Assembly: GCA_049318845.1 (NCBI GenBank)
Contig: JBMOFH010000001.1
Coordinates: forward strand, 1-53,228
Direction: 5' to 3'
Source: Blastocatellia bacterium
GTDB lineage: Bacteria > Acidobacteriota > Blastocatellia > RBC074
DNA: 53,228 nt
The position numbers and the translations under genes are program-made. Shown here one piece after another: positions 1 through 10,187 of the stretch. Within the stretch, counting starts at the first letter, position 1. Each line of letters begins with the position of its first letter. Below the pieces are notes generated by a model. That model had not been told where the DNA came from. It saw only the letters and a list, made by a program, of their open reading frames with translations, and made no database searches.

Positions 1-2
1 GA

Positions 3-539
3 TCCGGAAAATATCCGGGCTATGCCAGAGGCCTGCCAGGATTTGGCGCCGGTCTGAAGCGGGAAGTACGCGAGCAGAACCCGGCGCGCGTCTTCCTTGC
101 CGGATTCGGTGAGTGTCTGCCGAACTTCGACAACTATTGTGAGATCGATCCGAATGGTCTGAAGGATCGTTACGGAATTCCGCAGCTCAGTTTTCACGCC
201 AAATGGCGCGATAACGAATTGAAGATGGCGGAATTGATGTATGACACAGCAGAAGAGATCCTGCGCGCCGCTGGGGCTGAGATATCACCCTACAATCGAA
301 CGTTACCACCGCCTCCCGGAGATGCCACGCACGAGGTCGGAACAGCCAGGATGGGTACCGACCCGAAAAGCTCTGTCCTCAACGGGTTCAATCAGGCTCA
401 CGATGTGCGAAATCTGTTTGTCGTCGACGGGGCGTCGTTCGTCTCCTACCCGGAGAAGAACTGTACACTTTCGATTGCCGCTGTCTCCTGGCGGGCCAGC
501 GATTTCGTTGCGGAAGAGTTCAGGCGGGGTAATTTTTAG
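3..539 (+). CDS. GMC-family oxidoreductase, C-terminal fragment (5' end lies outside the window)
   Basis: The frame of the 219..539 ORF stays open back to nt 3. The C-terminal region [18 protein letters not shown]...[10 protein letters not shown] is typical of the GMC oxidoreductase C-domain (gluconate 2-dehydrogenase alpha-subunit-like). Confidence 0.8.
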   Translation, partial: SGKYPGYARGLPGFGAGLKREVREQNPARVFLAGFGECLPNFDNYCEIDPNGLKDRYGIPQLSFHAKWRDNELKMAELMYDTAEEILRAAGAEISPYNRTLPPPPGDATHEVGTARMGTDPKSSVLNGFNQAHDVRNLFVVDGASFVSYPEKNCTLSIAAVSWRASDFVAEEFRRGNF

Positions 540-570
540 GTAACGTCGGCTGGTTGGCCGTTTCAAGATG

Positions 571-595
571 GCAGGACGCGTACGGCATGTCCTGC
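571..595. terminator. Hairpin between convergent genes (7-bp stem GCAGGAC/GTCCTGC, 11-nt loop)
   Basis: Inverted repeat 571-577 / 589-595 lies in the 136-bp gap between the GMC gene (+) and the DoxX gene (-). There is no strong U-tract. Confidence 0.35.
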
Positions 596-675
596 TGTCC
601 TGAAACAACACCACCTCAAAAAAAGTCCCCTAATAATCACTCAGAATAATTTTGCCCTGAATGATTTCGCCACGC

Positions 676-1119
676 TCAGCGTCGGCGAACACCACCCGAG
701 CGGCCGAAGAGAAGTGAATCGAGCGAATACCGCCCGGGACCGAGGACGATTATCAGGACAGCAAACGTCAGGTAGAGTGCCGCCAGCTCATAGGAACGTC
801 CTCCGCCCGTGGCAACGAAAGGATGCCCCTGCGCAAGGTGAACCATCCTGATTGCGGTGAGCATCGTAATCCCAAGCCCAACCATCGCCAGCGGAGTCAG
901 AAGGCCTATTATCAGGGCAATACCTCCACCAAATTCGCTTAGTGCGGCAAGTGCCTGAATAACCGGCGGAACTGCTGCATCGGCGCCCATCCAGCCAAAC
1001 GGATGCTGTATCTTGCCCCAGCCGTGTAACGCAATTCCTGTCCCAAAAACAAGACGGGCTATCAGGAGACCAATTGCGGCGCGACCAGTCAGAAATGTAC
1101 CGAAGATTCTATTTGCCAT
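676..1119 (-). CDS. DoxX-family membrane protein
   Basis: 147 aa with four hydrophobic helices. The N-terminus AAIGLLIARLVFGTGIALHGWGKI and overall layout are typical of DoxX. Confidence 0.8.
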   Translation of the reverse strand: MANRIFGTFLTGRAAIGLLIARLVFGTGIALHGWGKIQHPFGWMGADAAVPPVIQALAALSEFGGGIALIIGLLTPLAMVGLGITMLTAIRMVHLAQGHPFVATGGGRSYELAALYLTFAVLIIVLGPGRYSLDSLLFGRSGGVRRR

Positions 1120-1156
1120 ATGATCGAATTCCTGTCTTTCCCGGAAGGTTATTAAA

Positions 1157-1202
1157 CCGATCGGGAGTGTGTCGTGGAGACCACCGGCACACTCCCGATC
1201 GG
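1157..1202 (-). terminator. Intrinsic-terminator-like hairpin after the TonB-dependent receptor gene
   Basis: Perfect 15-bp inverted repeat CCGATCGGGAGTGTG (1157-1171) / CACACTCCCGATCGG (1188-1202) with a 16-nt loop. It starts 9 nt past the receptor stop codon and is followed on the minus strand by TTTAAT. Confidence 0.6.
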
Positions 1203-1210
1203 GACTTATG

Positions 1211-4200
1211 TTAGAAAAGGATCTTCAATGCCAACTGAACGTTACGCGGCTCACCAACTCCGACGCCCGGGGCGCTGCTGCCATTACGCGTATTGGTCAG
1301 CAGCCCGAAGCTTCCCGAGGAGAAGTTGGTAACCGGGTTGGCCCAGTTCCTGACATTAAAGACATTGAAAAGCTCGAAACGAAACTGGATTTTGACCGAT
1401 TCGGTGATCGCCGTCGTCTTGAAAAGCGACGCGTCGACCGCCTTGAATCCTGGTCCGTAGAGCGCGTTTCGTCCCAGCGTCCCGAAACGGCCGTCGGCGA
1501 TCGCCGCGCCATTGGCATTACGCGGGACGCTAAAAGCCGCCGTATTGAGGAACCGCGTCCCCCCTGTACCCGCAAACGGATCACCAATCAGATCAACCCG
1601 GTCATTACCGTCACCACTCAGACTCCGGTTGTAGCCGGCGGTGATATTGATCGGAGTTCCAGTGTTGAAAGCAAGAATCGAATTGAGCTGCCAGCCCTGG
1701 ACGAGACGCTTTGGCAATCTCGACAGCAGAACTGGAATATCATAGGTAAAACTGCCACGGAAGGTGTGACGAACATCGAAGATCGAGTTGCCACGCTCAT
1801 TTCGGACATCATAGCTGTTCGCCGGAAGCGTGCTCCTCGCCTCCGAGGAGGTATCGATCGAATGGCCATACGTGTAGGCAAAGCTCCCCGACAGCCCGTG
1901 CCAGTTATTCTGCACCAGCGAAATCTGGAGTGAATTGTAGCTTGAATTCGCCGATGTCTCGAGCAGACTGATCGATCCGAAGCTGGGAAACCGTGTATTG
2001 AATGGACGACGCGCCTGCGCAGTTCCGGTCGTTCCCGGCACCGGAGCGTTGATGTTGCGCGTGAACGCGAGCTTCGTCCCAAGGCTTCCAACATAACCAA
2101 CCTGGAGCACGGTCGAACCACCCAACTGGCGCTGCAGGTTCAAATTGTAGTTGTGAACGTATGGCGAACGGAAATTCTGATCGACCGCGAAGACACCAAA
2201 CGGTGGAGCCGGATTGGCCGTCCCGAAGACCGGAGCATCCTTCGTCAGGTTATAACTTCCAAGGCTCAGACTGTAGACTGGCAGTGGTCCGCCCGGGTTG
2301 TTTGCAATACCAGAGGCCGCACCGTTGCCACCACCATTCGAGACGAAGAATGAGACGGCTGGTATGTCATAAAATAGACCATAGCCGCCACGCAGCACCA
2401 TCTTTCCTCCACGTCCCGGCGAATAGGCGAACCCGATCCGTGGCGCGAAATTGTTAAGGTCACGCGGATAGAGTCGCTTCAGACCGCTCCCAATCGAGAC
2501 CAGTCCCTGATCCGGCAGGAAGTTGGTCAGTGCCTTCTCCTTGTCGAACAGCACACCATTGAAGGTGTAGCGGACACCATAATTCACGGTCAGCTTTGGC
2601 GAGAATTTCCAGGTATCGTGAATGAACCCGTCAGCAGACTGCTGACGATAATTGCGGCGGGGATTACCTCGGACGATCTGCGCACCATTCGCCGGGGTCG
2701 TGTAGCCGGCAAGAAAGTCTGCCACTGCGCGCTCCGCGACAGTAAGATTGCTCCACGGTCCGCGCGTTCCGTCAAAATTGAAGACACCACGCTTGCGGCT
2801 CTCGTAAAAGATATCGAGATACGCACTCCGCACCTCACCACCCAGCTTGAACTGATGATCACCAACCTCCCACGAGAGCGTGTCGGTGATGTGCCAGGTC
2901 GTGTCGACTCGGCCTGCCGGCAGGATTCCCGTTCCGCCGATCAGACTGAACCCGGTAATGTTGAGCGTTGCCGGCCCGCTCACCGAGACGCCAGTGTTCA
3001 GACCCAAAGCGGCCGGGTTGGCGCTGATGTCAGCGATATCGAAAGTCTGCTTGAAATAGTTGACACCAACCACAACCTGATTGAGCAGTGCCGGACTGAA
3101 GACGCTGTTCTGAACAAGCGAATAGTTGTGCATGCGACTCGGAGCTACCTGGAAGTAGGGCCGAAAATATGAGCCACCATCGTAGGCCGTCTGATCACCC
3201 GTGCCGCCAAAGTAACGCGCCGAAATATTATGACTATCGTTGAATTTGTGATCGATCTTGATGATGCCGTTGTCGCTGACATAGTCGTTCTCGTCAGTAC
3301 TGACAAAGTTATTGACCGTCTGCGGGAGTCCCTTGATGTAGGATGGGTAGAGGGTAAGAAGGTTGTTGGCGACCTCATTGACCGGCACATTGTACTGGGC
3401 AAGAATCGCTTTTCCGCGATTGATCCAGGCGTCCGAGAGTGCGGTCGTGCGCAGGGAATTTGCCGCCGTCGCGCGCTGCCCCTCGAAGGTCAGAAAATAG
3501 AAGGTCCGGTTCTTGAAGATCGGCCCGCCGAGCGAAAATCCATACTGGTTGTTGCGAATCTTCGGAACACGGCTCCCCGCCGGCGCTACCGGCGACCTCG
3601 CGGCAAAATACTCATTTCGATTGAAGTAGTAGAGGCTGCCGTGAAGCTGGTTGCCGCCCGACTTGATGACCAGGTTGACCGCTCCGCCACTGTTCCGGCC
3701 AAGTTCAGCACTTGATCCCGACTGGACCGAGAACTGGTCGATCGCCTCGACCGGCAGCAAGGTTCCGGCGATTCCTGAAACACCACCCTGGTTGACCGCT
3801 GAGGCATTCTGGAAGGCGTCGTTGTTGTCCGCGCCGTCGATCTGATAGTTGTTACCGCGAGTCCGGGAGCCATTGATCGAACCGGAAATCGTCACTCCGG
3901 GCGATAACTGAACCATCTGCCGGAAATCGCGCCCGTTGAGCGGAAGATCCTGCACCTGTTTTGGCGCGACGATACCAGTCAGCGATGTCGAGGTCGTATC
4001 GAGCCTCACCACGCTCCCGGCCGATACTTCGACCACCTCGCTCACCTGCGCGACTGAAAGCTGCAGGTCGACGTGCGTAATCTTTGAGACGCTGATCTCT
4101 ACATCGTTGACACGCTGCGGCTGGAATCCCTGGTGCGCAACCTCGATCGTGTAGAATCCAAGCGGCAGCTCCGGCACCGCAAACTCACCGTTACTGCTTG

Positions 4201-4447
4201 TCTCGGCGGTGCGAACCGCTGCCGTTGCCCGGCTTGTCAGCTTGACCGTGACTCCTGGAATCGCCGCTCCAGTGTTGTCGGTCACAGTTCCTGAAAGACC
4301 ACCGCGAAAAGTCTGCCCATCGGCAATCCGCGGAGCAATCAATAGCAATACAAGGCTCAACAGCACATAGGCGATCTGCCCGGCCCGACGAGGCTGCTGG
4401 TGCCCGCTGCTGATTGAGTCAAACCGTGTCGTAGTTCCTTCCTTCAT
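1211..4447 (-). CDS. TonB-dependent outer-membrane receptor with N-terminal carboxypeptidase-regulatory-like domain
   Basis: 1078 aa with a signal-like N-terminus. CarboxypepD_reg-like segment GTVTDNTGAAIPGVTVKL...NGEFAVPELPLGFYTIEV, then a plug/barrel region. C-terminal aromatic residue ...ALKILF. AGGAGG Shine-Dalgarno upstream (4459-4466, minus strand). Confidence 0.9.
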   Translation of the reverse strand: MKEGTTTRFDSISSGHQQPRRAGQIAYVLLSLVLLLIAPRIADGQTFRGGLSGTVTDNTGAAIPGVTVKLTSRATAAVRTAETSSNGEFAVPELPLGFYTIEVAHQGFQPQRVNDVEISVSKITHVDLQLSVAQVSEVVEVSAGSVVRLDTTSTSLTGIVAPKQVQDLPLNGRDFRQMVQLSPGVTISGSINGSRTRGNNYQIDGADNNDAFQNASAVNQGGVSGIAGTLLPVEAIDQFSVQSGSSAELGRNSGGAVNLVIKSGGNQLHGSLYYFNRNEYFAARSPVAPAGSRVPKIRNNQYGFSLGGPIFKNRTFYFLTFEGQRATAANSLRTTALSDAWINRGKAILAQYNVPVNEVANNLLTLYPSYIKGLPQTVNNFVSTDENDYVSDNGIIKIDHKFNDSHNISARYFGGTGDQTAYDGGSYFRPYFQVAPSRMHNYSLVQNSVFSPALLNQVVVGVNYFKQTFDIADISANPAALGLNTGVSVSGPATLNITGFSLIGGTGILPAGRVDTTWHITDTLSWEVGDHQFKLGGEVRSAYLDIFYESRKRGVFNFDGTRGPWSNLTVAERAVADFLAGYTTPANGAQIVRGNPRRNYRQQSADGFIHDTWKFSPKLTVNYGVRYTFNGVLFDKEKALTNFLPDQGLVSIGSGLKRLYPRDLNNFAPRIGFAYSPGRGGKMVLRGGYGLFYDIPAVSFFVSNGGGNGAASGIANNPGGPLPVYSLSLGSYNLTKDAPVFGTANPAPPFGVFAVDQNFRSPYVHNYNLNLQRQLGGSTVLQVGYVGSLGTKLAFTRNINAPVPGTTGTAQARRPFNTRFPSFGSISLLETSANSSYNSLQISLVQNNWHGLSGSFAYTYGHSIDTSSEARSTLPANSYDVRNERGNSIFDVRHTFRGSFTYDIPVLLSRLPKRLVQGWQLNSILAFNTGTPINITAGYNRSLSGDGNDRVDLIGDPFAGTGGTRFLNTAAFSVPRNANGAAIADGRFGTLGRNALYGPGFKAVDASLFKTTAITESVKIQFRFELFNVFNVRNWANPVTNFSSGSFGLLTNTRNGSSAPGVGVGEPRNVQLALKILF

Positions 4448-4639
4448 CGTTATAAAGACCTCCTGAAATTATTTCTGCTTTTTTGTTCGTAGTGCTTAGC
4501 GTTCAGGACTTTCTTGTACCTGTTTATTCAGGTATCTTGGGTAGATTGCTATTCGATGGTCAGAGCCGGGCCGAAACCCGTGCCTTTCTGGTCGTGCCTG
4601 CAATCCAATCTAAAAACGGTTGGAGAACAGCGCGACGCG

Positions 4640-4745
4640 CAAAAGCGAGATGCCCTGCGCTAAAGATCAAGCGCAGGGCATCTTGAATCTGACCCGCGAC
4701 TCTTTAGCAGTTTTTATCGTGGAGCAAGTTGTCCTAAATCGCCAC
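4640..4745 (-). repeat. Paralogous unit U1 (106 nt): 13-bp hairpin plus conserved 45-nt box; candidate small RNA on the minus strand
   Basis: Perfect stem 4648-4660 / 4671-4683 with a 10-nt loop. The box TTTAGCAGTTTTTATCGTGGAGCAAGTTGTCCTAAATCGCCAC aligns with U2. On the minus strand the hairpin is followed by CGCTTTTG. Confidence 0.5.
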
Positions 4746-4787
4746 GCAGATTTTCAAAGACGGATCCAACCGGATCGGCTGTCGGAA

Positions 4788-4857
4788 CAGTCAAATAATG
4801 TAACAGTCAAATAATGTAACAGCCAAATAATGTAACCGCCACGTAATGTAACCGCCA

Positions 4858-4858
<1 letters not shown>
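4788..4858. repeat. Tandem array of a 16-bp unit, 4 copies plus a 7-nt partial (core TAATGTAAC)
   Basis: Units: CAGTCAAATAATGTAA at 4788 and 4804 (identical), CAGCCAAATAATGTAA at 4820, CCGCCACGTAATGTAA at 4836, CCGCCAC at 4852. Confidence 0.9.
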
Positions 4859-4957
<99 letters not shown>

Positions 4958-5324
4958 TGTCTCATTGACGCGGAAAATATACCTACGACTCGGGTACGCT
5001 GTCAACACAAATATTCCAGCCGCACCGTTCTGTCCAAAAAGTGATCCGCCATGAAATACCCGATCGTAAAGGCCGATCAATGCCACCGGCCAATGCACCC
5101 AGGTAGTTTCATGATGTCGGGTTGGTTGCCAATAAAAATGTAACCCGGAGATTATTTTACCTGTCATAATGTGGTGATGAAGAAGTACCACCCACAGCGG
5201 ATCACTCGATTGATCCTCGCCTCACGGAGGGGCGTCGACTCTTCCGACGCGGAGTTGTCCCCGACGGCCTGCCGCCTGATCAAAAATAAGCTTCATAAAA
5301 GAGCCGGAAAGACGGGAGAAGCCA

Positions 5325-8306
5325 ATGTCGCCTGAGTACTGGGAAGAGATTGGCCGGCTCTATGATGCGGCGAAGAAGCTCACGCCCGACGTGCGCGGAG
5401 AGTTTCTGGCGCGTGAGTGTCACGCCGATGTGGATCTGCGCCGGGACGTCGAGTCACTCCTCGCGGCGGAGGCCTATGTTGGCGACTTCAGGGAGGGCGG
5501 GGAGACGAGGAATGAGTCGTGGCTACGCGGCGCGCGCCGTGAGACTTCGCCACGGGCGCGGATTGGAAGCTCGGTTGGGCCATACCAGATCTATGAGTTT
5601 ATCGGAGCCGGCGGGATGGGTGAGGTCTTTGCAGCCACTGACCTGCGGCTCGGCCGCAAGGTTGCGATCAAGATTCTCTCGCCGACGGTTGGGCAGGATC
5701 ACGAACGTCTGCAACGCTTCATCCTCGAGGCACGGACGGCAAGCCGACTCAACCATCCCAACATCCTGACAATTCATGATTTTGGAGATTTTGAAGAACC
5801 AGTCGCAGATGGTGGCGTGAGTGCCCCCTACATTGTTTCCGAGTTACTGGAGGGGGAGACATTGCGCGAGCGGCTGAACGTGGCGCCGTTGCCGGCGACG
5901 CGCGCGATCGAGATTGCGATCCAGATAGCGCAGGGTCTGGCGGCGGCGCACGAACTGGGGATCATCCATCGCGATCTGAAACCGGAGAACCTCTTCATTA
6001 CTCAGGATGGGCGGACGAAAGTTCTCGACTTCGGTCTCGCCAAACTTCTCGATCCACCACTGGGCCGGCGAATCGCGGGGGGGAAGTCTCGCTCAGGCAT
6101 CGATGCCAGTCCAATACTTACCGATCCAATCCATACCGATTCGGGCAGAATCATCGGGACGGTCAACTATATGGCGCCGGAGCAGCTGTGTGGCGAGGAG
6201 ACCGATCAGCGGGCGGACATCTTCGCGCTCGGAGTAATCCTCTTCGAGATGGTGATGGGGCGACGTCCGTTCGGTGGCGATTCGGCCGCCGAAACGATCA
6301 GTGCCATCCTTCGATCCGAGATGCCAGAGGTCGAACGGCTCGGAGGAGGCGCGGCCGCGGGGCTCGAGCGTGTAATACGGCGATGCCTGGCAAAGAGTCC
6401 GTCATTGCGATTCCAATCGATGAGCGACCTCGTCTTCGCGCTCGAAGGGCTGCTCTCGCCCGGGACGATGAGCGTGTCGGCTTCGTCGAAAAGATCCTGG
6501 ATCCTTTCCCACGGGGCCAGCGGGGCCAGAGGCAGATGGATCATCTCCCGACTCCCGGCCTGGAGTGGCTGGATTGCGGCGTCGATCTTCATGACCACGA
6601 CGCTAATGCTGGCAATCGCGTGGTGGAGGCAGCCCAACACCTATCCGCGCGTCGTTCCATTTACCAGTTTTCCGGGACAAAAGTCACGACCGGTCTTTTC
6701 ACCGGACGGGAATCAGATCGCCTTCTACTGGGAGGGAGAGGATGGGCGCACGCCGGGGATCTACGTCAAACTGATCTATGCCGACACCCCGCTGCGATTG
6801 ATCAGCCTTGAAGATACGCGGGATCCGAGTTTTGCCTGGTCGCCCGATGGTCGATCGATCGCCTTTGGACGACGTGGCGCGCAGGGAGGAATATTCACCA
6901 TTCCGGCGCTTGGCGGGCCGGAGCGGAAATTGACCGATCTGAACGGCGAGTTTGACTGGTCACCAGACGGTCGAACGCTGGCGATCGTCAGACGCGAAAC
7001 CGCGTCGCTGACATCCGGGATCACCCTCCTCTCGCTCGAAACGGGCGTGACACGGGCACTCACCCTGCCGCCAGCCGATTTCTATGGTGATCGCGCCCCA
7101 GCCTGGTCGCCGGACGGAAAGTCGATTGCGTTCATCCGCAGTCCTAACTATCTCGTCAGTGACGTCTATCTGATTGCCGCGGCGGGAGGCTCACCAACGC
7201 GACTAACCTTCGACAATCTGGAAGTACCGGGCAGTCTGTGCTGGACGGCGAACGGAAAAGAGATCCTCTTCACCTCACCACGGGGTGGACTTTCGGGACT
7301 CTGGCGGGTCTCGGCCTCAGGTGGCGGCACACGTCGTGAATTTGGATTTGGCGAATACGCCTACGAACCATCCGCTTCGCGGCGGGGGGAGCGACTTGCT
7401 TATGTCTATCGTCGGCACGACCGGAACATCTGGCGGATCGCGGGTCCGCATCCAGCCAGTCACCCGCGGCACACCGGCAGTTCCGGTGATGACAGCCAAG
7501 AGCACTCGCCGGTCAGGGTGATCGCTTCGACGCGTGAAGAGGTCAGTCCGCAGATATCTCCGGACAATGAACGAATCGTCTTCGTCTCAGATCGAAGTGG
7601 CAGTCGCGAAATCTGGGTCAGCAGCATCCGGGGAGAGGATTCCGTCCAGTTGACCAATTTCGGCGGAAGCGTAACGGGTTCGCCGCGCTGGTCACCGGAC
7701 GGGCGGCAGATCGTCTTCGATTCACGCGCGGAAGGACGGACAGACATCTTCATTGTCAGCGCGGATGGCGGTCGACCACGCCGCCTGACGACAGACAGTT
7801 CGGAAGATGTCCTCCCAAGCTGGTCGAGTGACGGAAGATCGATCTATTTCGGATCAAGGCGTAATGGTGAGTGGCAGGTCTGGAAGATTCCGGCCGAGGG
7901 TGGCGTGGAGCTTCAGGTAACAGTCAATGGCGGTTACGAAGCTTTCGAGTCAGGCGATGGGCGTTACATCTACTACTCTAAACGTGATCCGGTAAATGAA
8001 CCGGGCATCTGGCGGGTTCCGACCAGCGGAGGGCCCGAATCACGAGTGCTCGAACGAGGTGGATGGGGCTACTGGTCACTTGCTGACGATGGCATCTGCC
8101 TGATCGACTCTGTTGCCGGTGGTGGCAAGGCGATCGAGTTCTTCGATTTCGCGACCCGTGAGTACACAATCCTCGAGCGCTTCGAGCGAACGAAGGCGCC
8201 GGCGGGGCCGCCCGGGATATCGATCTCGCACGATGGTCACTGGATCTACTATTGGCAGGCCGATCAGGTTGAAGACGATATTATGCTGGTCGAGAACTTC
8301 CGCTAG
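5325..8306 (+). CDS. Ser/Thr protein kinase with transmembrane segment and C-terminal TolB-like (PD40/WD40-like) beta-propeller repeats
   Basis: Hanks kinase motifs GAGGMGEVF, VAIK, HRDLKPENLF, DFGLAK, APE. TM helix WIAASIFMTTTLMLAIAWW. At least seven (F/W)SPDG...(I/L)(A/V)F repeats. Confidence 0.92.
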   Translation: MSPEYWEEIGRLYDAAKKLTPDVRGEFLARECHADVDLRRDVESLLAAEAYVGDFREGGETRNESWLRGARRETSPRARIGSSVGPYQIYEFIGAGGMGEVFAATDLRLGRKVAIKILSPTVGQDHERLQRFILEARTASRLNHPNILTIHDFGDFEEPVADGGVSAPYIVSELLEGETLRERLNVAPLPATRAIEIAIQIAQGLAAAHELGIIHRDLKPENLFITQDGRTKVLDFGLAKLLDPPLGRRIAGGKSRSGIDASPILTDPIHTDSGRIIGTVNYMAPEQLCGEETDQRADIFALGVILFEMVMGRRPFGGDSAAETISAILRSEMPEVERLGGGAAAGLERVIRRCLAKSPSLRFQSMSDLVFALEGLLSPGTMSVSASSKRSWILSHGASGARGRWIISRLPAWSGWIAASIFMTTTLMLAIAWWRQPNTYPRVVPFTSFPGQKSRPVFSPDGNQIAFYWEGEDGRTPGIYVKLIYADTPLRLISLEDTRDPSFAWSPDGRSIAFGRRGAQGGIFTIPALGGPERKLTDLNGEFDWSPDGRTLAIVRRETASLTSGITLLSLETGVTRALTLPPADFYGDRAPAWSPDGKSIAFIRSPNYLVSDVYLIAAAGGSPTRLTFDNLEVPGSLCWTANGKEILFTSPRGGLSGLWRVSASGGGTRREFGFGEYAYEPSASRRGERLAYVYRRHDRNIWRIAGPHPASHPRHTGSSGDDSQEHSPVRVIASTREEVSPQISPDNERIVFVSDRSGSREIWVSSIRGEDSVQLTNFGGSVTGSPRWSPDGRQIVFDSRAEGRTDIFIVSADGGRPRRLTTDSSEDVLPSWSSDGRSIYFGSRRNGEWQVWKIPAEGGVELQVTVNGGYEAFESGDGRYIYYSKRDPVNEPGIWRVPTSGGPESRVLERGGWGYWSLADDGICLIDSVAGGGKAIEFFDFATREYTILERFERTKAPAGPPGISISHDGHWIYYWQADQVEDDIMLVENFR

Positions 8307-8329
8307 GCCTGGGGAGTGGTGGGAGAACG

Positions 8330-9619
8330 TCAGACTTCGCCGTTGGTGTCGGGTTTAGTTGAACTGGCATCAGTTGATCTGGCATAAGACGCCGGAGTAG
8401 CGAGGGCGACAAGGGTCAGAAAGAGTTGGGCATTGGCGGTGATCTGGAGATTGAAATCGACGAAGCTGTGAACTCCGATCGCAAAGCATCCACTGAGTGC
8501 CCCGAGGATGATCGACCGACGGCGGCGATCCCTGGTTCTGGCAGCGCGAAATCCGGTGCTGAACAATAGCACGATGAAGGTGAGTGCGAGTATGGCACCG
8601 ACGAGGCCGGCATCAGCGAGAATTTGCAGATAGTCGTTGTGAGTCTGCTCGACACGCTGGGCACCGGAGCTTTGGTCGTAACTGGTGAAAGCGAACGGAA
8701 AGGCGCCGAGCCCGACACCCAACCAGGGGTGGTCACTAATCATTCCCTTCGTCGCGCGCCAGATATCGCGGCGACTGAAGCGTTCGTCGTTCGACCGCGT
8801 CCCTTCGACCTCACCCTGTGTCTGGGAAATATTTCGGACCAGCCCTTCCGATCCGACAAGAAAGAGCGCTCCGACGACCGCACCAGTGCCAAGCAGGAGC
8901 ACGGCAACCGAGCGGATCAGAATCGTCACCCGACCGACACGACCCTGCCCGCCCTTCAAAATTATCGGGAGGGCGATCAGCGCCAGAAAGAGAATTGCCG
9001 CGCCAAGCGCAAGCACTCCGCCACGAGATGCCGAGAGGACGATTCCGGCACAGAGGACGACCAGTCCACTGCCATAAAGCGCAAGAAGTTCACGCTTTAC
9101 GCTCCGTCCGATCAGCATGCCACCCGCCAGACCCGCCCCCATCACCAGAAATCCCGCAAAATGGTTCCGGTTGACGAATGGTCCAAAGGTGCCTCGCTGC
9201 CAGAGTGCCTTGCCGATGAAGCTCTGCCCGATTCCGACCAGGGCGACGAAGACGCAGACAGCAAGAATGACGATGACGGCCGTATTACGCCGTTCATCGG
9301 TATCGATGAAGCTCGCAACAAGCAGAAAGAAGCCGAGCGAAGCAATGATCCTGACCAGCGCCTGTGACGTCGCGAAGGGATCGAAGCTTATCGTTCCCTG
9401 CCCGATGATTCCTGGTGGCAACAACTGCACGACTCCGACCAGCGCCAGCCCGATCAGCGGCAACACCAGCCAGCCGCCACCGATTCGAACCCGGCCTTGC
9501 ATAAGAACCCGGACTCCCCAGAGCAGCAGCAGAGACAGAACGACCAGCTCCCAGAGGGCGATCGACCACGGCTCGACTGAGCCATATGGAAGCGGTGTCA
9601 GAACCAGCAGCACCAGCAA
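8330..9619 (-). CDS. O-antigen ligase / polymerase family (Wzy_C domain) membrane protein
   Basis: 429 aa, polytopic. Motifs NRNHFAGFL, SASRGG and HNDYLQILADAGLVG are typical of the WaaL/Wzy family. Confidence 0.85.
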   Translation of the reverse strand: MLVLLVLTPLPYGSVEPWSIALWELVVLSLLLLWGVRVLMQGRVRIGGGWLVLPLIGLALVGVVQLLPPGIIGQGTISFDPFATSQALVRIIASLGFFLLVASFIDTDERRNTAVIVILAVCVFVALVGIGQSFIGKALWQRGTFGPFVNRNHFAGFLVMGAGLAGGMLIGRSVKRELLALYGSGLVVLCAGIVLSASRGGVLALGAAILFLALIALPIILKGGQGRVGRVTILIRSVAVLLLGTGAVVGALFLVGSEGLVRNISQTQGEVEGTRSNDERFSRRDIWRATKGMISDHPWLGVGLGAFPFAFTSYDQSSGAQRVEQTHNDYLQILADAGLVGAILALTFIVLLFSTGFRAARTRDRRRRSIILGALSGCFAIGVHSFVDFNLQITANAQLFLTLVALATPASYARSTDASSTKPDTNGEV

Positions 9620-9690
9620 GGCAATGTAGATGAACCTGTCCAGGATGTGACCTCCGTCAAAATGGAAAGCTCCTGACCAATCGCTGTCGA

Positions 9691-10077
9691 TTAATCCCTG
9701 GCCCTGGAGACCTTAAAGGAAGATGGACGCCGCTCATCGTCGAAATATGTCCGAGTCCAGCGCTCGAAATAGGCCAGGAACTGGCGTTCACGCCTTACCG
9801 AAAAAGCGGAGTTGATCCGCAGCAGCAACGCGAAACTGCCAAGCGTGAGAAGCGATGCACCCCAATGCGGCGCGCTTCCAAGCAACAGCAAAATCCCGAG
9901 CAGCCCGGCAAAGGCGGGAATCAGGTAGCTCAGGTCGTTCAAAAACAGTCGCCAGAACTTTCGGTTGTGCGGTCGAATCGAAAGCATTGGTAGTGGAAAG
10001 AAGCTCACCGCGAAACTGGTTATAAATCTCAGTGTCAGAGTTGAAACCGTCAACGGCCATTCCTGAAGTCCCCTCAA
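9691..10077 (-). CDS. Hypothetical small membrane protein (two TM helices)
   Basis: Helices LSYLIPAFAGLLGILLLLG and ASLLTLGSFALLLRI. No recognisable family. A more likely start is the internal ATG at 9987 (MLSIRPHN...). Confidence 0.45.
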   Translation of the reverse strand: MRGLQEWPLTVSTLTLRFITSFAVSFFPLPMLSIRPHNRKFWRLFLNDLSYLIPAFAGLLGILLLLGSAPHWGASLLTLGSFALLLRINSAFSVRRERQFLAYFERWTRTYFDDERRPSSFKVSRARD

Positions 10078-10187
10078 TCAGGGTGATGCCAGAGTGACAC
10101 GGAACTTCTTTATGTTTAAAACTTTACATTTACAACGGACAACGACGATTCTATCGCCTTTCCGGTACAAATTGAAATCCCACCCGT

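Noticed and set aside
1169-1933. 254-aa plus-strand ORF and other ORFs opposite the TonB-dependent receptor
   Set aside because: They are antisense to a full-length receptor gene and carry no motifs.
4700-4745. Sigma-54 (-24/-12) promoter within the conserved box (TGGC...TTGC on the minus strand)
   Set aside because: The spacing between the GG and GC elements does not fit the TGGCAC-N5-TTGC geometry in either copy.
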